DNA of 62,086 nucleotides, from positions 1 to 62,086 of IMG/VR virus record IMGVR_UViG_3300042542_002528. The stretch is one strand, 5' to 3'. The translations under genes were made by a program, and so were the position numbers. Position 1 is the first letter of the stretch; every line of letters starts with the position of its first letter. The notes beneath the pieces are model-generated. The model searched no databases. It had not been told where the DNA came from and was given only the letters and a program-made list of their open reading frames with translations. Below, one piece after another: positions 17,114 through 25,922 of the stretch. Source of the stretch: a virus. Its lineage: Duplodnaviria; Caudoviricetes.

Positions 17114-17631
17114 GCACGGCCTCCGCTATCTGCGGAACTGGCAAGCTCCAAACACTCTGGCAATCCTGGGTGCAAGTCGCTCGGCGTTATCACCAGCATG
17201 CTGCCGTATCCGTAGTTGCATTGATTTGCCGCACGCACCTCGGCCTGGGTAGCCCATCCAACAATGCGACCTCGCCTGCGCGGCATGTCCACGGCAACCA
17301 GAATGTAGTAGTCGGCCCAGAACTTTGAGTCAGGCCGCTGCTTTAGGTGTGGGTCATGCGCGTATTGCGTTGCGCGTACCTCAAAACGATTGCCGGCATG
17401 ACAGAAATCACGGCCAGCATCGCCGCCTGCCCTGAGAGTTAGGTCCATCGGCAACCCGGTGACCAGTTCAACCACCCTTTCGCCAAGCAACCCCAGGAAA
17501 TGCGTGGAATGCGCACTCCAATTGCGAGTTGATGCGTAGTACTTTTTCTGGGTGTCTCTTTCGGCTGCTCTTTCGGTTAAGAAATCCCAGCACTCGCGCA
17601 AGCAATGCCATGCCGTCGCTTCGACTCTCAC
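17110..17631 (-). CDS. PD-(D/E)xK restriction-like nuclease family protein
   Basis: GLLGE...GDAGRDF...FEVRAT...DYYILV..D...IVGW; lower GC than neighbours. Confidence 0.65.
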   Translation of the reverse strand: MRVEATAWHCLRECWDFLTERAAERDTQKKYYASTRNWSAHSTHFLGLLGERVVELVTGLPMDLTLRAGGDAGRDFCHAGNRFEVRATQYAHDPHLKQRPDSKFWADYYILVAVDMPRRRGRIVGWATQAEVRAANQCNYGYGSMLVITPSDLHPGLPECLELASSADSGGRA

Positions 17632-18072
17632 GCTCCTTCAGCCGATCCACCCTCTCCCAGGGTGCGGATAGTGTACAGGCGATCACGGCGGCGTGCCACG
17701 CCTCGCATACCACCCAGCCCCCCAGGTCGTATTCGTTTGGTGAGTGGGCGCACCGACTCCTGCGCCGTGAGACGCAAAAGTCGGATGCGGTGTATTCGCC
17801 CGGAGCCGGGGCAGCACCGCCGAGACGCTGATTGTTTAACGCCGTTGTGTCTCGTCTACTCCTGACACGGCGCTGCGATTGGCTTGAGCCTCGGTACGAG
17901 CGGAGTCGTCAGACACGTACCTTTACCGCAGAGAATCCACTGATCCGCAGGATTGCCTTACGGCGGGTCGCTGCGGGGTTGCCCCCTCTTCGCCCTGTAT
18001 GGGCAGCAGTCAGCCGTGCATGGCTGACCTTCGGCGGGGGGCCGATCTTCATGCCGTCCTTGGCAACTGGGC
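17632..18072 (-). ncRNA. Candidate structured non-coding RNA (or replication origin)
   Basis: No convincing coding-strand ORF; at least 8 hairpins including GCAA and GTAA (GNRA) tetraloops on the minus strand. Confidence 0.4.
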
Positions 18073-18678
18073 CTAGTACTGAAAGTTCCAGTCCATCTCA
18101 GGCACAGCCTGCCGGCACCTCTCCAGGTTCCAGCGACAGTATGCCCGTAGCTCTGTCATGTCATAGCCTTCGCACCGTGATGCAAGCCGGCACAACACCT
18201 CGGCGTAGCCTGCGAATGTGCGACAGTGTACGTCTGTTTCCCCCCGTGAGGCAAGCAACATTTCCCGGCGCGCGATGCAGCCATGCGTGTATGCGTTCCA
18301 TTCATCGATGATCATCAGCGGCTGCGTGAGCCAGTACTCGGTGCGGGCCTGTCGGTGGTAGGTCTGGTAGACACTGCCGCGCCGATCCGCAGGAACCGCC
18401 TCCAGTACGTCATCCGTGCGAAGAGGCGGCGTCGGGATACAGTGACGCGCACCGTCTCCGATGTAGACGCAGTGCCCGCCACGCTGCCAGCGGGACAGGA
18501 AGTGCGTGCCCTCATGGGTGTAGGTGACGAGGTCTTTGTCACGGGCATCGGTGGCCTCCGGGAGGCGGCTCGCCACATCCCTCAGTATGGGGGGCCAGTG
18601 GGCAGGCGGCGACCACACCGGGCCATCGGCCAGGGCAGCGAACGGAATCAGCAGAATTGCCGCGAAAAGTAGCCTCAC
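18073..18678 (-). CDS. Secreted zinc metallopeptidase-like protein
   Basis: Signal peptide MRLLFAAILLIPFAALA; HEGTH (HExxH) plus distal DEWNAY glutamate. Confidence 0.7.
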   Translation of the reverse strand: MRLLFAAILLIPFAALADGPVWSPPAHWPPILRDVASRLPEATDARDKDLVTYTHEGTHFLSRWQRGGHCVYIGDGARHCIPTPPLRTDDVLEAVPADRRGSVYQTYHRQARTEYWLTQPLMIIDEWNAYTHGCIARREMLLASRGETDVHCRTFAGYAEVLCRLASRCEGYDMTELRAYCRWNLERCRQAVPEMDWNFQY

Positions 18679-18759
18679 ACATTACAAGTGTCCTGCGTGC
18701 GGTATACGGGCTGTCGGGGCTGTGGCGCACGGGTGTCCACCGGGTGGCTGAACGGGCGT

Positions 18760-18921
18760 CTACGGCCCAGCCAGGGGCTTTATCGCCATGTAATACAGGC
18801 CGACGTTGGCCGTGGCGTAGCTGGCGTAGGTGACAGCCATGGGCAGGTTGCCGCGGGCCAGTTGTTCGGCCGCCACGTAGGCGTAGATCAGCCCGGTCAG
18901 GATGATGAGGGTGCCGCTCAT
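18760..18921 (-). CDS. Small two-TM membrane protein (53 aa)
   Basis: Hand translation MSGTLIILTGLIYAYVAAEQLARGNLPMAVTYASYATANVGLYYMA...; ATGA coupling. Confidence 0.7.
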   Translation of the reverse strand: MSGTLIILTGLIYAYVAAEQLARGNLPMAVTYASYATANVGLYYMAIKPLAGP

Positions 18922-19256
18922 TGTGTCCGCTCCAGCAGGGCGCGAAGCGTGGCCCTGGCTTTAGAAACTGGGGCAATGTCCTCATCGGCGTGGCACCTTT
19001 GCATCGCTCGCCGGGTCGTCTCCATGAGGTTCATGCAGGCGAAATCAATCGCCTCCCGCTCCTCGGCGGTGAGCGTGGAAGAAACCTCTGCCCGTTTTTC
19101 TTTCGGCATCGGTTCCGTAACACGCTCACGCAGCCGCTCAATCTCGTCTGCCGCTTCCTCGTACAGCCTGCCGCTGTGAGCGATGTGCAGGCCGCGCCAG
19201 TTGCGCAGGCGGCTGACGATGTCGCCTTCGTAGGCTGCTGGGTCGATGGTGTTCAT
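18918..19256 (-). CDS. Modular phage protein (DIV..LR / AADEIERLR / LTAEERE / ATLRALLERT)
   Basis: Paralogous to 19253-19468. Confidence 0.75.
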   Translation of the reverse strand: MNTIDPAAYEGDIVSRLRNWRGLHIAHSGRLYEEAADEIERLRERVTEPMPKEKRAEVSSTLTAEEREAIDFACMNLMETTRRAMQRCHADEDIAPVSKARATLRALLERTQ

Positions 19257-19468
19257 TTTGTTCTCTCCAGCAGGGCGCGGAGCGTGGCGCAGTAAGTTGG
19301 CAATGGGCCGCCATCGCCATACGACAGCCGCGAAAACCACTTAATCACCTCCCGCTCCTCGGCGGTGAGACGCAGCCGCTCAATCTCATCGGCCGCCCGC
19401 TCACACAGAGGGTCTTTGGCCTTGGTGGCATAGGACCGATCACGCAGTTCGTTGACGATGTCGCTCAT
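19253..19468 (-). CDS. Modular phage protein, paralog of 18918-19256
   Basis: Same four motifs. Confidence 0.75.
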   Translation of the reverse strand: MSDIVNELRDRSYATKAKDPLCERAADEIERLRLTAEEREVIKWFSRLSYGDGGPLPTYCATLRALLERTK

Positions 19469-19471
19469 GTA

Positions 19472-19717
19472 TCAGTTCCGGCTCGGCCCCTTGAATCTCA
19501 GGTCGTTGCTTTTGGTCACGCTGATGCCGACCTGCGTACCGATGTAATGATACAGCCGGATGGCATGTAGGGAGTCTGTACTGAGGTCGGCTTGGAGTTC
19601 GTCGTCGCCATCGGAGTCCTCTGCTGCGTCAGCCGCAGCGTCCGCAGCGGTGGACAGGATGTCGATCAGTCGCTCCCAGTCTTCCATGTGCAGTTCAATC
19701 GGAATGATCACGGCCAC
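19472..19717 (-). CDS. Acidic hypothetical protein
   Basis: GAGGTGG start context. Confidence 0.6.
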   Translation of the reverse strand: MAVIIPIELHMEDWERLIDILSTAADAAADAAEDSDGDDELQADLSTDSLHAIRLYHYIGTQVGISVTKSNDLRFKGPSRN

Positions 19718-20004
19718 CTCGGGTACAAGAGAACTCCCAGGTGCTGGGAGCCGGACAGAATTTCCACCGCACAGATGCGGGGGAAGCGAGTGCAGAGCAG
19801 GTCGGCCGTGACTCGGTAGTCCTGGTTGTCGATGCTCGGCTTGTTCTCGGCAATGAACTTGTCAATGTCATCCCAGTCCGACTGCGGCTGCGGCGCTTCA
19901 GGCCCACGCTCCACCCACGTACGGATAACCGTGTTGTGGGTACGGAACCGCAGGATGTTTTCGTACAGCCGCTCCTTGGGCATCGGTCCACCAAACCACA
20001 TCAT
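19708..20004 (-). CDS. Hypothetical protein
   Basis: GGAGGT RBS before ATG 20004. Confidence 0.65.
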   Translation of the reverse strand: MMWFGGPMPKERLYENILRFRTHNTVIRTWVERGPEAPQPQSDWDDIDKFIAENKPSIDNQDYRVTADLLCTRFPRICAVEILSGSQHLGVLLYPRWP

Positions 20005-20087
20005 CGGAACCTCCATGTCAAAAAGGTCAGGGCCAGCACAGCGCCGTACCACACCTCGTTCGGTAGTCCATCAATCCAGATCATGCG

Positions 20088-20705
20088 TCACCCCACATGC
20101 TTATCGCCTTCATTCGCAGGCGCTCCACCTCCGCCGCCAGCCTCTTCAGTTTCTCTCGTAGGATGGTGTTCTCTTTCCTCAGTCGCTCCACCTCCAGCGA
20201 CGAATCCCCCTGTATCTGCATCGACCCACTCCAGATGTCCATGTGGATATAAGAAATCAACCAGTGTGTGCGCCGGCCGCAGGCATGACTTCGGCGCTAC
20301 GAGCGTCGGAACAATGTGCCGTCTCCCGCGGTCGTACACTTCCTGCACAGTCCAGCTCTCGTCCCTGTCCAGTGGCGTCAGCCACACCCACTCTCCCGTG
20401 GGCTGCGACCGGAACACGTACGCCAGATGACGCACTGTCTCCCGCTCCAGCCCGTGCATGTCATCGACGAACACCGTGTCGTAGGGGTAATCCTCCGGCG
20501 AGGTGAACGTCAGCGACCGCTCCTTGATCTCAATCGACACCAGCCCCACGGCGTCAGGCGTCTCGCAGTGGTCCTTGTTCTTGTTGTGCCGGCGGATCAC
20601 TAGCTTCCTGCCGTGAGCCACCGACCGCCCAAGCTGCCGAAGGTCTTCCACCCACGCCCGCTCGGCGCGGTGGCCGTTACTCAACGCTGTTTTGAACGAA
20701 CGCAT
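20088..20705 (-). CDS. PD-(D/E)xK nuclease-like protein
   Basis: GHRAE...PDAV...IEIKER motif. Confidence 0.65.
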   Translation of the reverse strand: MRSFKTALSNGHRAERAWVEDLRQLGRSVAHGRKLVIRRHNKNKDHCETPDAVGLVSIEIKERSLTFTSPEDYPYDTVFVDDMHGLERETVRHLAYVFRSQPTGEWVWLTPLDRDESWTVQEVYDRGRRHIVPTLVAPKSCLRPAHTLVDFLYPHGHLEWVDADTGGFVAGGGATEEREHHPTRETEEAGGGGGAPANEGDKHVG

Positions 20706-21201
20706 TGTTTGACCAGCGATAGGAACGGATACCGCCAACGCGGTTGGGGTCGACGCCACGGCCTTTGTCCTCAGTGCGAGCGCGGATCATCGATGTGTGA
20801 TGCGCGATCTCGGCGGGCGAGGGTCCGATGTCCAAGTCGGTGAGCTGCTCCAGTTGAAGCGGGAGCGGCTCCTTCAACCGAATGGCAATGGAGTTCTCTC
20901 GCACCTCGGCCGACCATTCCGCCGACCGACCGAACGCCTCGGCCACATCCTCGTCGTCCCAGCCCGGATCGCGCTGGGCGATTAGAGCTAGACGCTCGGG
21001 CGATGGGATGTAATCAATCGCCATCAGCAGTCGCACCACGCCGCGGACCTGCAGCGGGTCCAGTGATAACTGAGACGCCACTGTGTTGGTCGATTCCTTG
21101 TTGATCACGCAACGCCGATGGAGCGTGCGAGCGAAGGCCAATGAATGCCGCAAGCCTTTGCCATACGCGAGACAACCAGGAACCCTTGCCATCCGTGCCA
21201 T
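20677..21201 (-). CDS. Hypothetical protein, possible HTH regulator
   Basis: GGAGGGG RBS; two helix-turn-helix-like segments (TNTVASQLSL..., DEDVAEAFGRSAEW). Confidence 0.6.
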   Translation of the reverse strand: MARMARVPGCLAYGKGLRHSLAFARTLHRRCVINKESTNTVASQLSLDPLQVRGVVRLLMAIDYIPSPERLALIAQRDPGWDDEDVAEAFGRSAEWSAEVRENSIAIRLKEPLPLQLEQLTDLDIGPSPAEIAHHTSMIRARTEDKGRGVDPNRVGGIRSYRWSNNAFVQNSVE

Positions 21202-21282
21202 CTGCCCCTCCGTGTGTGAACGTGGCTGGAAACGTGTGGTCGACATCGAACCGATACAGAATCTCTTGCACCGTCTCATCAA

Positions 21283-22815
21283 TCAGCAGGTCGTCCGGCC
21301 TTTCCATCTGCGCACCAACTCCTTTCCAAACATCTTCTGCACCCATCCGGTGAGGGTGCGGTTGCCCCACTCCACGTAGTGGTCGGGGAGTTCGCTCATC
21401 TTGCGGCCCGCATACTTGCCGCGAAGAGGATTTGTGTAGGTGCCCACGCACCGCACGCCCGTGAACTGCAGGTCGACATTGCGGCCGACCACACTGCCGG
21501 TGGCGCGGCCCTGCATCAGCTTGCGCCGTGCTTCAATCTCCGCAGCTAGGCGCTGACGCTCCAGCTCCTTGAACGCCAGTGCGTCCAGTTCTTCTTGGGA
21601 CAGGGGAGCCGGGGCTTCGATGGCGGCGCGCTTCACCGCGTCCTTCACCGCTGGGTCGGCTTGGACAAACATGTCCACGGCCGTGACCAGCCGGTGATCC
21701 AGCGACGAGTCGGTGCAGTCAACGATTTTGAAAGTGGGCTTGCCGCTCGCCGCAATGGCGGCTTTGCGTGACTCTGGGGTGGAGCCTGCGAAGTCCACAT
21801 TGCCGGCCAGGGGGCGAGTAGCCCGACCAACAGCCTGCAGCCAGAAGGTGCGTGACTTGGTCGGACGCCCAAGGATCAGCGTCTGCGTCGGCGGGTAATC
21901 GAAACCCACGGCCACCACCTGACAGTTCACCAGCACCTGCACTTCCCTGGCCTTAAACCGCCGCAGCGCCTCACGCCGCTCGTCCTCGGGCATGGTGCCG
22001 TAGACGTAGGTGGCCGGCACTCCGTAGTTGTTGGTCAGGTAGTGGCACACGCCCTTGGCAGACGCCACGCTTGGGGTGAACACAACCGTCTGCCCCTGAC
22101 GCTCCTGCTCGGTGATGAGAGCGAGCCGGTGGAGGGTGGCTTCCTTCTCTATGGCCGCGTTAAGTGCGGTGGCATTGAAGTCGCCGTTGGTGATCTTGAT
22201 GGACGACAAGTCCAGGCTGTCCACACGCGCCAGCCGGCAGACGGGCGGCACGGCCCACCCGTTGTCGATGGCCCAGCGGATGTCATGGTTCGCCAGAACT
22301 TCTTGATAGAACCCGCCCTCTGCCATCGGCCGACCGTCCATGCGGAACGGCGTGGCTGAGTAGCCGGCCACCATAGCGCCTTGGTCCGCAAACCAGTTCA
22401 GCATCTCCAAGACAGTGTCGCTGTACTGCATGTGGGCTTCGTCAACGATGACAAGCTGAAACCCGTCAAACCGTTTGTAGCGCGGCTCGCCACCCCTCTT
22501 GGTCAGCAGCGTCTGCCTGGAGGCGACGATGATCTTCGCGGGCCAGCAATCCGACTCGGCCATGTACTCCGCCATCTCCAAGTCTGGCGTGTGGTCGGTG
22601 ATCTCGCGGACCTTCTCAACGGCCTGCCAGACAACCTCGCGAATGGGCGCGATGATCAGCGTCCGGCCGTCGATCCGATCAGCCAGCTTGGTGAACACCA
22701 CCGTCTTGCCAGCGCCGGTGAACAGCCCCGTCAGCGTGGAGCGAACACCACGCGACATCGCATTCATCTGCGCGGCGACGTTCGTCTCTTGGTAATCACG
22801 GAGTTCCATGTGCAA
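21283..22815 (-). CDS. Superfamily 2 DEAH helicase (UvsW/RadD/Irc3-like)
   Basis: LRDYQ Q-motif, TGAGKT, DEAH, SATPFR, GFDYP, QAVGRATR; C-terminal GKYAGRKMSELPDHYVEW module. Confidence 0.95.
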   Translation of the reverse strand: MHMELRDYQETNVAAQMNAMSRGVRSTLTGLFTGAGKTVVFTKLADRIDGRTLIIAPIREVVWQAVEKVREITDHTPDLEMAEYMAESDCWPAKIIVASRQTLLTKRGGEPRYKRFDGFQLVIVDEAHMQYSDTVLEMLNWFADQGAMVAGYSATPFRMDGRPMAEGGFYQEVLANHDIRWAIDNGWAVPPVCRLARVDSLDLSSIKITNGDFNATALNAAIEKEATLHRLALITEQERQGQTVVFTPSVASAKGVCHYLTNNYGVPATYVYGTMPEDERREALRRFKAREVQVLVNCQVVAVGFDYPPTQTLILGRPTKSRTFWLQAVGRATRPLAGNVDFAGSTPESRKAAIAASGKPTFKIVDCTDSSLDHRLVTAVDMFVQADPAVKDAVKRAAIEAPAPLSQEELDALAFKELERQRLAAEIEARRKLMQGRATGSVVGRNVDLQFTGVRCVGTYTNPLRGKYAGRKMSELPDHYVEWGNRTLTGWVQKMFGKELVRRWKGRTTC

Positions 22816-22827
22816 TCCTTTGCGGTG

Positions 22828-22877
22828 AAAGAAAACCCCCGGGGGCGTGGGAGGGGGAGGGCCGCCCCCGGGGGTTG
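22828..22877 (-). terminator. Rho-independent terminator after ssb
   Basis: AACCCCCGGGGGCG-loop-CGCCCCCGGGGGTT followed by TTCTTT on the minus strand. Confidence 0.75.
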
Positions 22878-22891
22878 CGCTACAAGCAGAG

Positions 22892-23233
22892 TCAGCGGAA
22901 GTCGGCGATAAGCTCCTCTTCCGATTGCTTCTGCGAGCGCTGGCCGATGAGCTGCAGGCGGTTGACCTTCAGCACCATCTTGCTTTTCTTCTGACCGTCC
23001 TTCTCCCACTTCTGCTCCTCCAGCTCGCCCTGCACAATCACGGGCGTGCCCTTGGTGAGGTAGGGCAGCACACCGCCCGGCCTCCAGTGGTCGCAGTCCA
23101 AAAAGAACACGCTGTCCTTGCGGCCGTTGATCGCAACGCTGTAGCGAGCGACCTCCGACTCTCCGACCTGACGAGCCTCGGCGTCCTTGGTCAGGTTGCC
23201 GCTCGCGATGAAACACTGGAATGAACTAGCCAT
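22892..23233 (-). CDS. ssb: Single-stranded DNA-binding protein
   Basis: GNLTKDAE.R...YLTKG..V.VQGEL....WEKDGQKKSK OB-fold; acidic tail. Confidence 0.93.
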   Translation of the reverse strand: MASSFQCFIASGNLTKDAEARQVGESEVARYSVAINGRKDSVFFLDCDHWRPGGVLPYLTKGTPVIVQGELEEQKWEKDGQKKSKMVLKVNRLQLIGQRSQKQSEEELIADFR

Positions 23234-23900
23234 GCACCACCTCCTTGGTCTTGGGGTACTTCTTCTCCACTTCCTCCTTGCACCTGCGGAACACATCCGC
23301 AGGGATGACCTTCTCACGCACGCGCAGCTCCACCACGCTCAGGGCCTTGCGTGCGTCGACCTCGCTCTCCGCGGCAGCGATGGCGTCCAGGGCCGTCTGC
23401 TGGTAGACGAGCGCTTTCGACGCCTTGTCGGGGTCGACCGTCGCCTTGCCCACCTTGCGGAACGCCGACTCCTGCGGCTCGCTGACGCTGTTGCCGTCAT
23501 CGTCCGGCTCCCCGCTGAAGCCGCCGACGAGAGCCATCAGCAACGTCCGCTTGCCGTAGGTGATCGCGGCACCAAGGCCCTGCATGTCCTGCTTGTTCGT
23601 CCAGAGCGGGCAGATGCCAGTGATGTACTGCCCAGACGAGTGACGCAGCGTGCCGACCAGAACCCACTGACCACCGACCATGCCCGGCCGGAAGTCCGGC
23701 AGGGCCAGCCCGTTCTTGGTCAGCGGCCCCCGAAGCGAGTCGCAACAGGTTGCGTAGCTTGAGAACTTCGATTTGAAGTGCGGGTTGTCATCGTCCAGCC
23801 GAACGTGCTTGTACTCGCTCTGTGCCTTGGCGAGAGCCTTCGTCAGCTCCGACGTATCGGGTGACGACGACGGCCCCAAGATGTAGTTGTTGTCAGTCAT
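23226..23900 (-). CDS. erf: ERF-family single-strand annealing protein
   Basis: ALAKAQ...NPHFKSKFSSY...QGLGAAITYGKR...DDDGN. Confidence 0.9.
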   Translation of the reverse strand: MTDNNYILGPSSSPDTSELTKALAKAQSEYKHVRLDDDNPHFKSKFSSYATCCDSLRGPLTKNGLALPDFRPGMVGGQWVLVGTLRHSSGQYITGICPLWTNKQDMQGLGAAITYGKRTLLMALVGGFSGEPDDDGNSVSEPQESAFRKVGKATVDPDKASKALVYQQTALDAIAAAESEVDARKALSVVELRVREKVIPADVFRRCKEEVEKKYPKTKEVVHG

Positions 23901-24748
23901 AGAACCACCACCTCCTCCTGTGTCAGCGACCACGTAGGCATGACGATGTCCTGAATCTCGCCGTCATCGGCTTCCTCATAGATTCCCGTCTCCCGACGCA
24001 GACGCACCTCCTCCATCACGCGAGCCATCCGCAGACCCGCCTGCCTTACGAACTCTTCCGGCACGTACCGAACGCGACAGCCAAACGGCGGCACGCTCTG
24101 CACAAAGACGAACGGCATGCGGAATGGCTCGTAGCCGATGGCCTTGGCCCCCTCCACGTAAAACCACTCCTGCGCGTCGTAGCCGAACGAGCGGACGCTG
24201 AAGTGCAGCCGGTCCCAGGTAGCACTGGTCGTCTTCAAATCCCACCAGAGCGTGGGAGTACATCCATCGGGACGAACGCGGCAACGATGGCCGTTCAGTT
24301 CAAAGAACACCGACACCTGCGTCTCGGATGTGGCCTCAACAAGGGACCGCGCCTTCTTGTTGCGGAGCATCTTTGTGAGCATCCGCTCCATCCGCCACGC
24401 ATCCTCCGCGTTGACATCGATGACGCCCTTGGCCCTCGCCTCGTCCCTCCACTTCTCGTATGCGCCGCCGCGGCGGGCACCGTTGGATGCCAGCACACTT
24501 GCCGGCGGGATTTGGACGATGTCGGAGAAGGACTTGCCCTCGCACACCGCCATGACAAGAGCGTCATAGTTGGAGCCAAACGTGGTTGCGTTGTTGCCGG
24601 CGAAGAGCGAGTAGCCCTCGTCCAAATGCTCTTGGACATCCCCCCCGCCAACGCCAACGGCGGTCAAGTAGGACCGGCTGAGAAAATCGTTCGCCGCGTG
24701 GTAGTCGGCGTTCGGCATGCCGATGACCTTGCGTGGCAAGCTGTCCAT
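23897..24748 (-). CDS. RecE/exonuclease VIII-like PD-(D/E)xK exonuclease
   Basis: MPNADYHA..LSRS, RVRPD...DLKTT, YDAQ..FY; adjacent to ERF. Confidence 0.88.
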   Translation of the reverse strand: MDSLPRKVIGMPNADYHAANDFLSRSYLTAVGVGGGDVQEHLDEGYSLFAGNNATTFGSNYDALVMAVCEGKSFSDIVQIPPASVLASNGARRGGAYEKWRDEARAKGVIDVNAEDAWRMERMLTKMLRNKKARSLVEATSETQVSVFFELNGHRCRVRPDGCTPTLWWDLKTTSATWDRLHFSVRSFGYDAQEWFYVEGAKAIGYEPFRMPFVFVQSVPPFGCRVRYVPEEFVRQAGLRMARVMEEVRLRRETGIYEEADDGEIQDIVMPTWSLTQEEVVVL

Positions 24749-24752
24749 GCGT

Positions 24753-25025
24753 TCACTCCCCCTTAAAGACAAAGAAGCCCCGTCCGTGGGGCGCGAGCCG
24801 ATCCATCCATGCCCGTCCCTGGGCAACGTCCCTCCTGAACTGAGAACGCGCGCGTGCCAACTGTCCAAGGCACAGGAGCGTGAGAAATGCACCGGCCGCG
24901 TACAGGTAAACGCAGGCCAAGATCGCGATGCGCCACGCCCTGAAGAGCAGGGGGCGCATGTGCCGCCAGATGGCGGAAATCGCGGGAGCCAGACGGGCTC
25001 TATCCAATTGAGCTAGGGGTGCCAT
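24753..25025 (-). CDS. Small membrane protein, first gene of the recombination/replication operon
   Basis: TM IAILACVYLYAAGAFLTLLCL. Confidence 0.5.
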   Translation of the reverse strand: MAPLAQLDRARLAPAISAIWRHMRPLLFRAWRIAILACVYLYAAGAFLTLLCLGQLARARSQFRRDVAQGRAWMDRLAPHGRGFFVFKGE

Positions 25026-25118
25026 GGGTGCGATTGTAGCGGATGCGCGGGGGGGTTGAAGGCAAGTAGCTGTAGGAAAAAATATCCCCCCATCGGTGGC
25101 CCCCCGTAGCATTCCGCC

Positions 25119-25922
25119 ATGAGCCTTCTTGACTTCGCCAGCCAGTACGCGACCACGGTCGGAGCCAGCCCCGGATACCGGGAGCAGCTTCTGGTCCTGT
25201 GCCGGCGTCTGCCTTGGCAGGCGACCGACCTGACCGTCGACAAGATCGACGCCTACTTGACCGATGCACTGAAGCATCTGGCTCCCTCCACCGTCCACAA
25301 CCACCGCCGCATGCTGTCCACACTGAGGAAAGCAGCCCTCCGCGACGGGTTGGTGAACGAGTGTACACGCCCCATTCGCAGAGTCAAGCACACCCTGCCG
25401 GTGGTCCGCGCTTGGGACCATGGGGAAATCCGACATCTTCTTGCGGTAGCCGCGGAGATGCCTGGGGGTACGGCGCGCTGCCAATACACGCTGCTGCTGC
25501 CCGCGTGGATTCTCTTCGGCTACAGCAGCGGGCTGCGCCTTGGCGACATGCTGGATGTCCGCTGGGACCAGCTCAGGGGCAACACCCTGGCGATCACCAT
25601 GCGCAAAACTGGGCAGCTTCATGTCGTCGTCCTTGACGTGCCAGCCATGCAGGGCATCGGCTCGCTCCCCCGCCGGGGGCCGAAGATTTTCGGCTCGCTC
25701 GTCGGAAGGTCACGGATGATAGTCGCACTGCGCCGCTTGATCAAGCGCGCGGGCCTAGCCGGAAGTGGCAAGTACCTGCGTCGATCCAGTGCCACTTACG
25801 CGGAAATGGCGGGCATAGACGCCAGTGGACACCTTGGGCACAGGACGCCCGGCATGAAGCGCCACTACCTAGACCCGGTGCTTCTGGCAATGCAAAAGCG
25901 GGCCGTCCCGTCTATCGGGTGA
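25119..25922 (+). CDS. Tyrosine recombinase/integrase (short, no arm-binding domain)
   Basis: SGLRLGD (Arg), KTG (Lys), KYLRRSSAT (HxxR variant), LGH...RHY (His, Tyr). Confidence 0.9.
   Translation: MSLLDFASQYATTVGASPGYREQLLVLCRRLPWQATDLTVDKIDAYLTDALKHLAPSTVHNHRRMLSTLRKAALRDGLVNECTRPIRRVKHTLPVVRAWDHGEIRHLLAVAAEMPGGTARCQYTLLLPAWILFGYSSGLRLGDMLDVRWDQLRGNTLAITMRKTGQLHVVVLDVPAMQGIGSLPRRGPKIFGSLVGRSRMIVALRRLIKRAGLAGSGKYLRRSSATYAEMAGIDASGHLGHRTPGMKRHYLDPVLLAMQKRAVPSIG

Noticed and set aside
17886-17912. Hammerhead ribozyme core (CTGACGA on minus strand)
   Set aside because: No GAAA after the putative stem II
25090-25112. tRNA-3'-like attP next to the tyrosine recombinase (minus strand CTACGGGGGGCCACC)
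   Set aside because: No T-loop (GTTCGA) or CCA end; resemblance too weak
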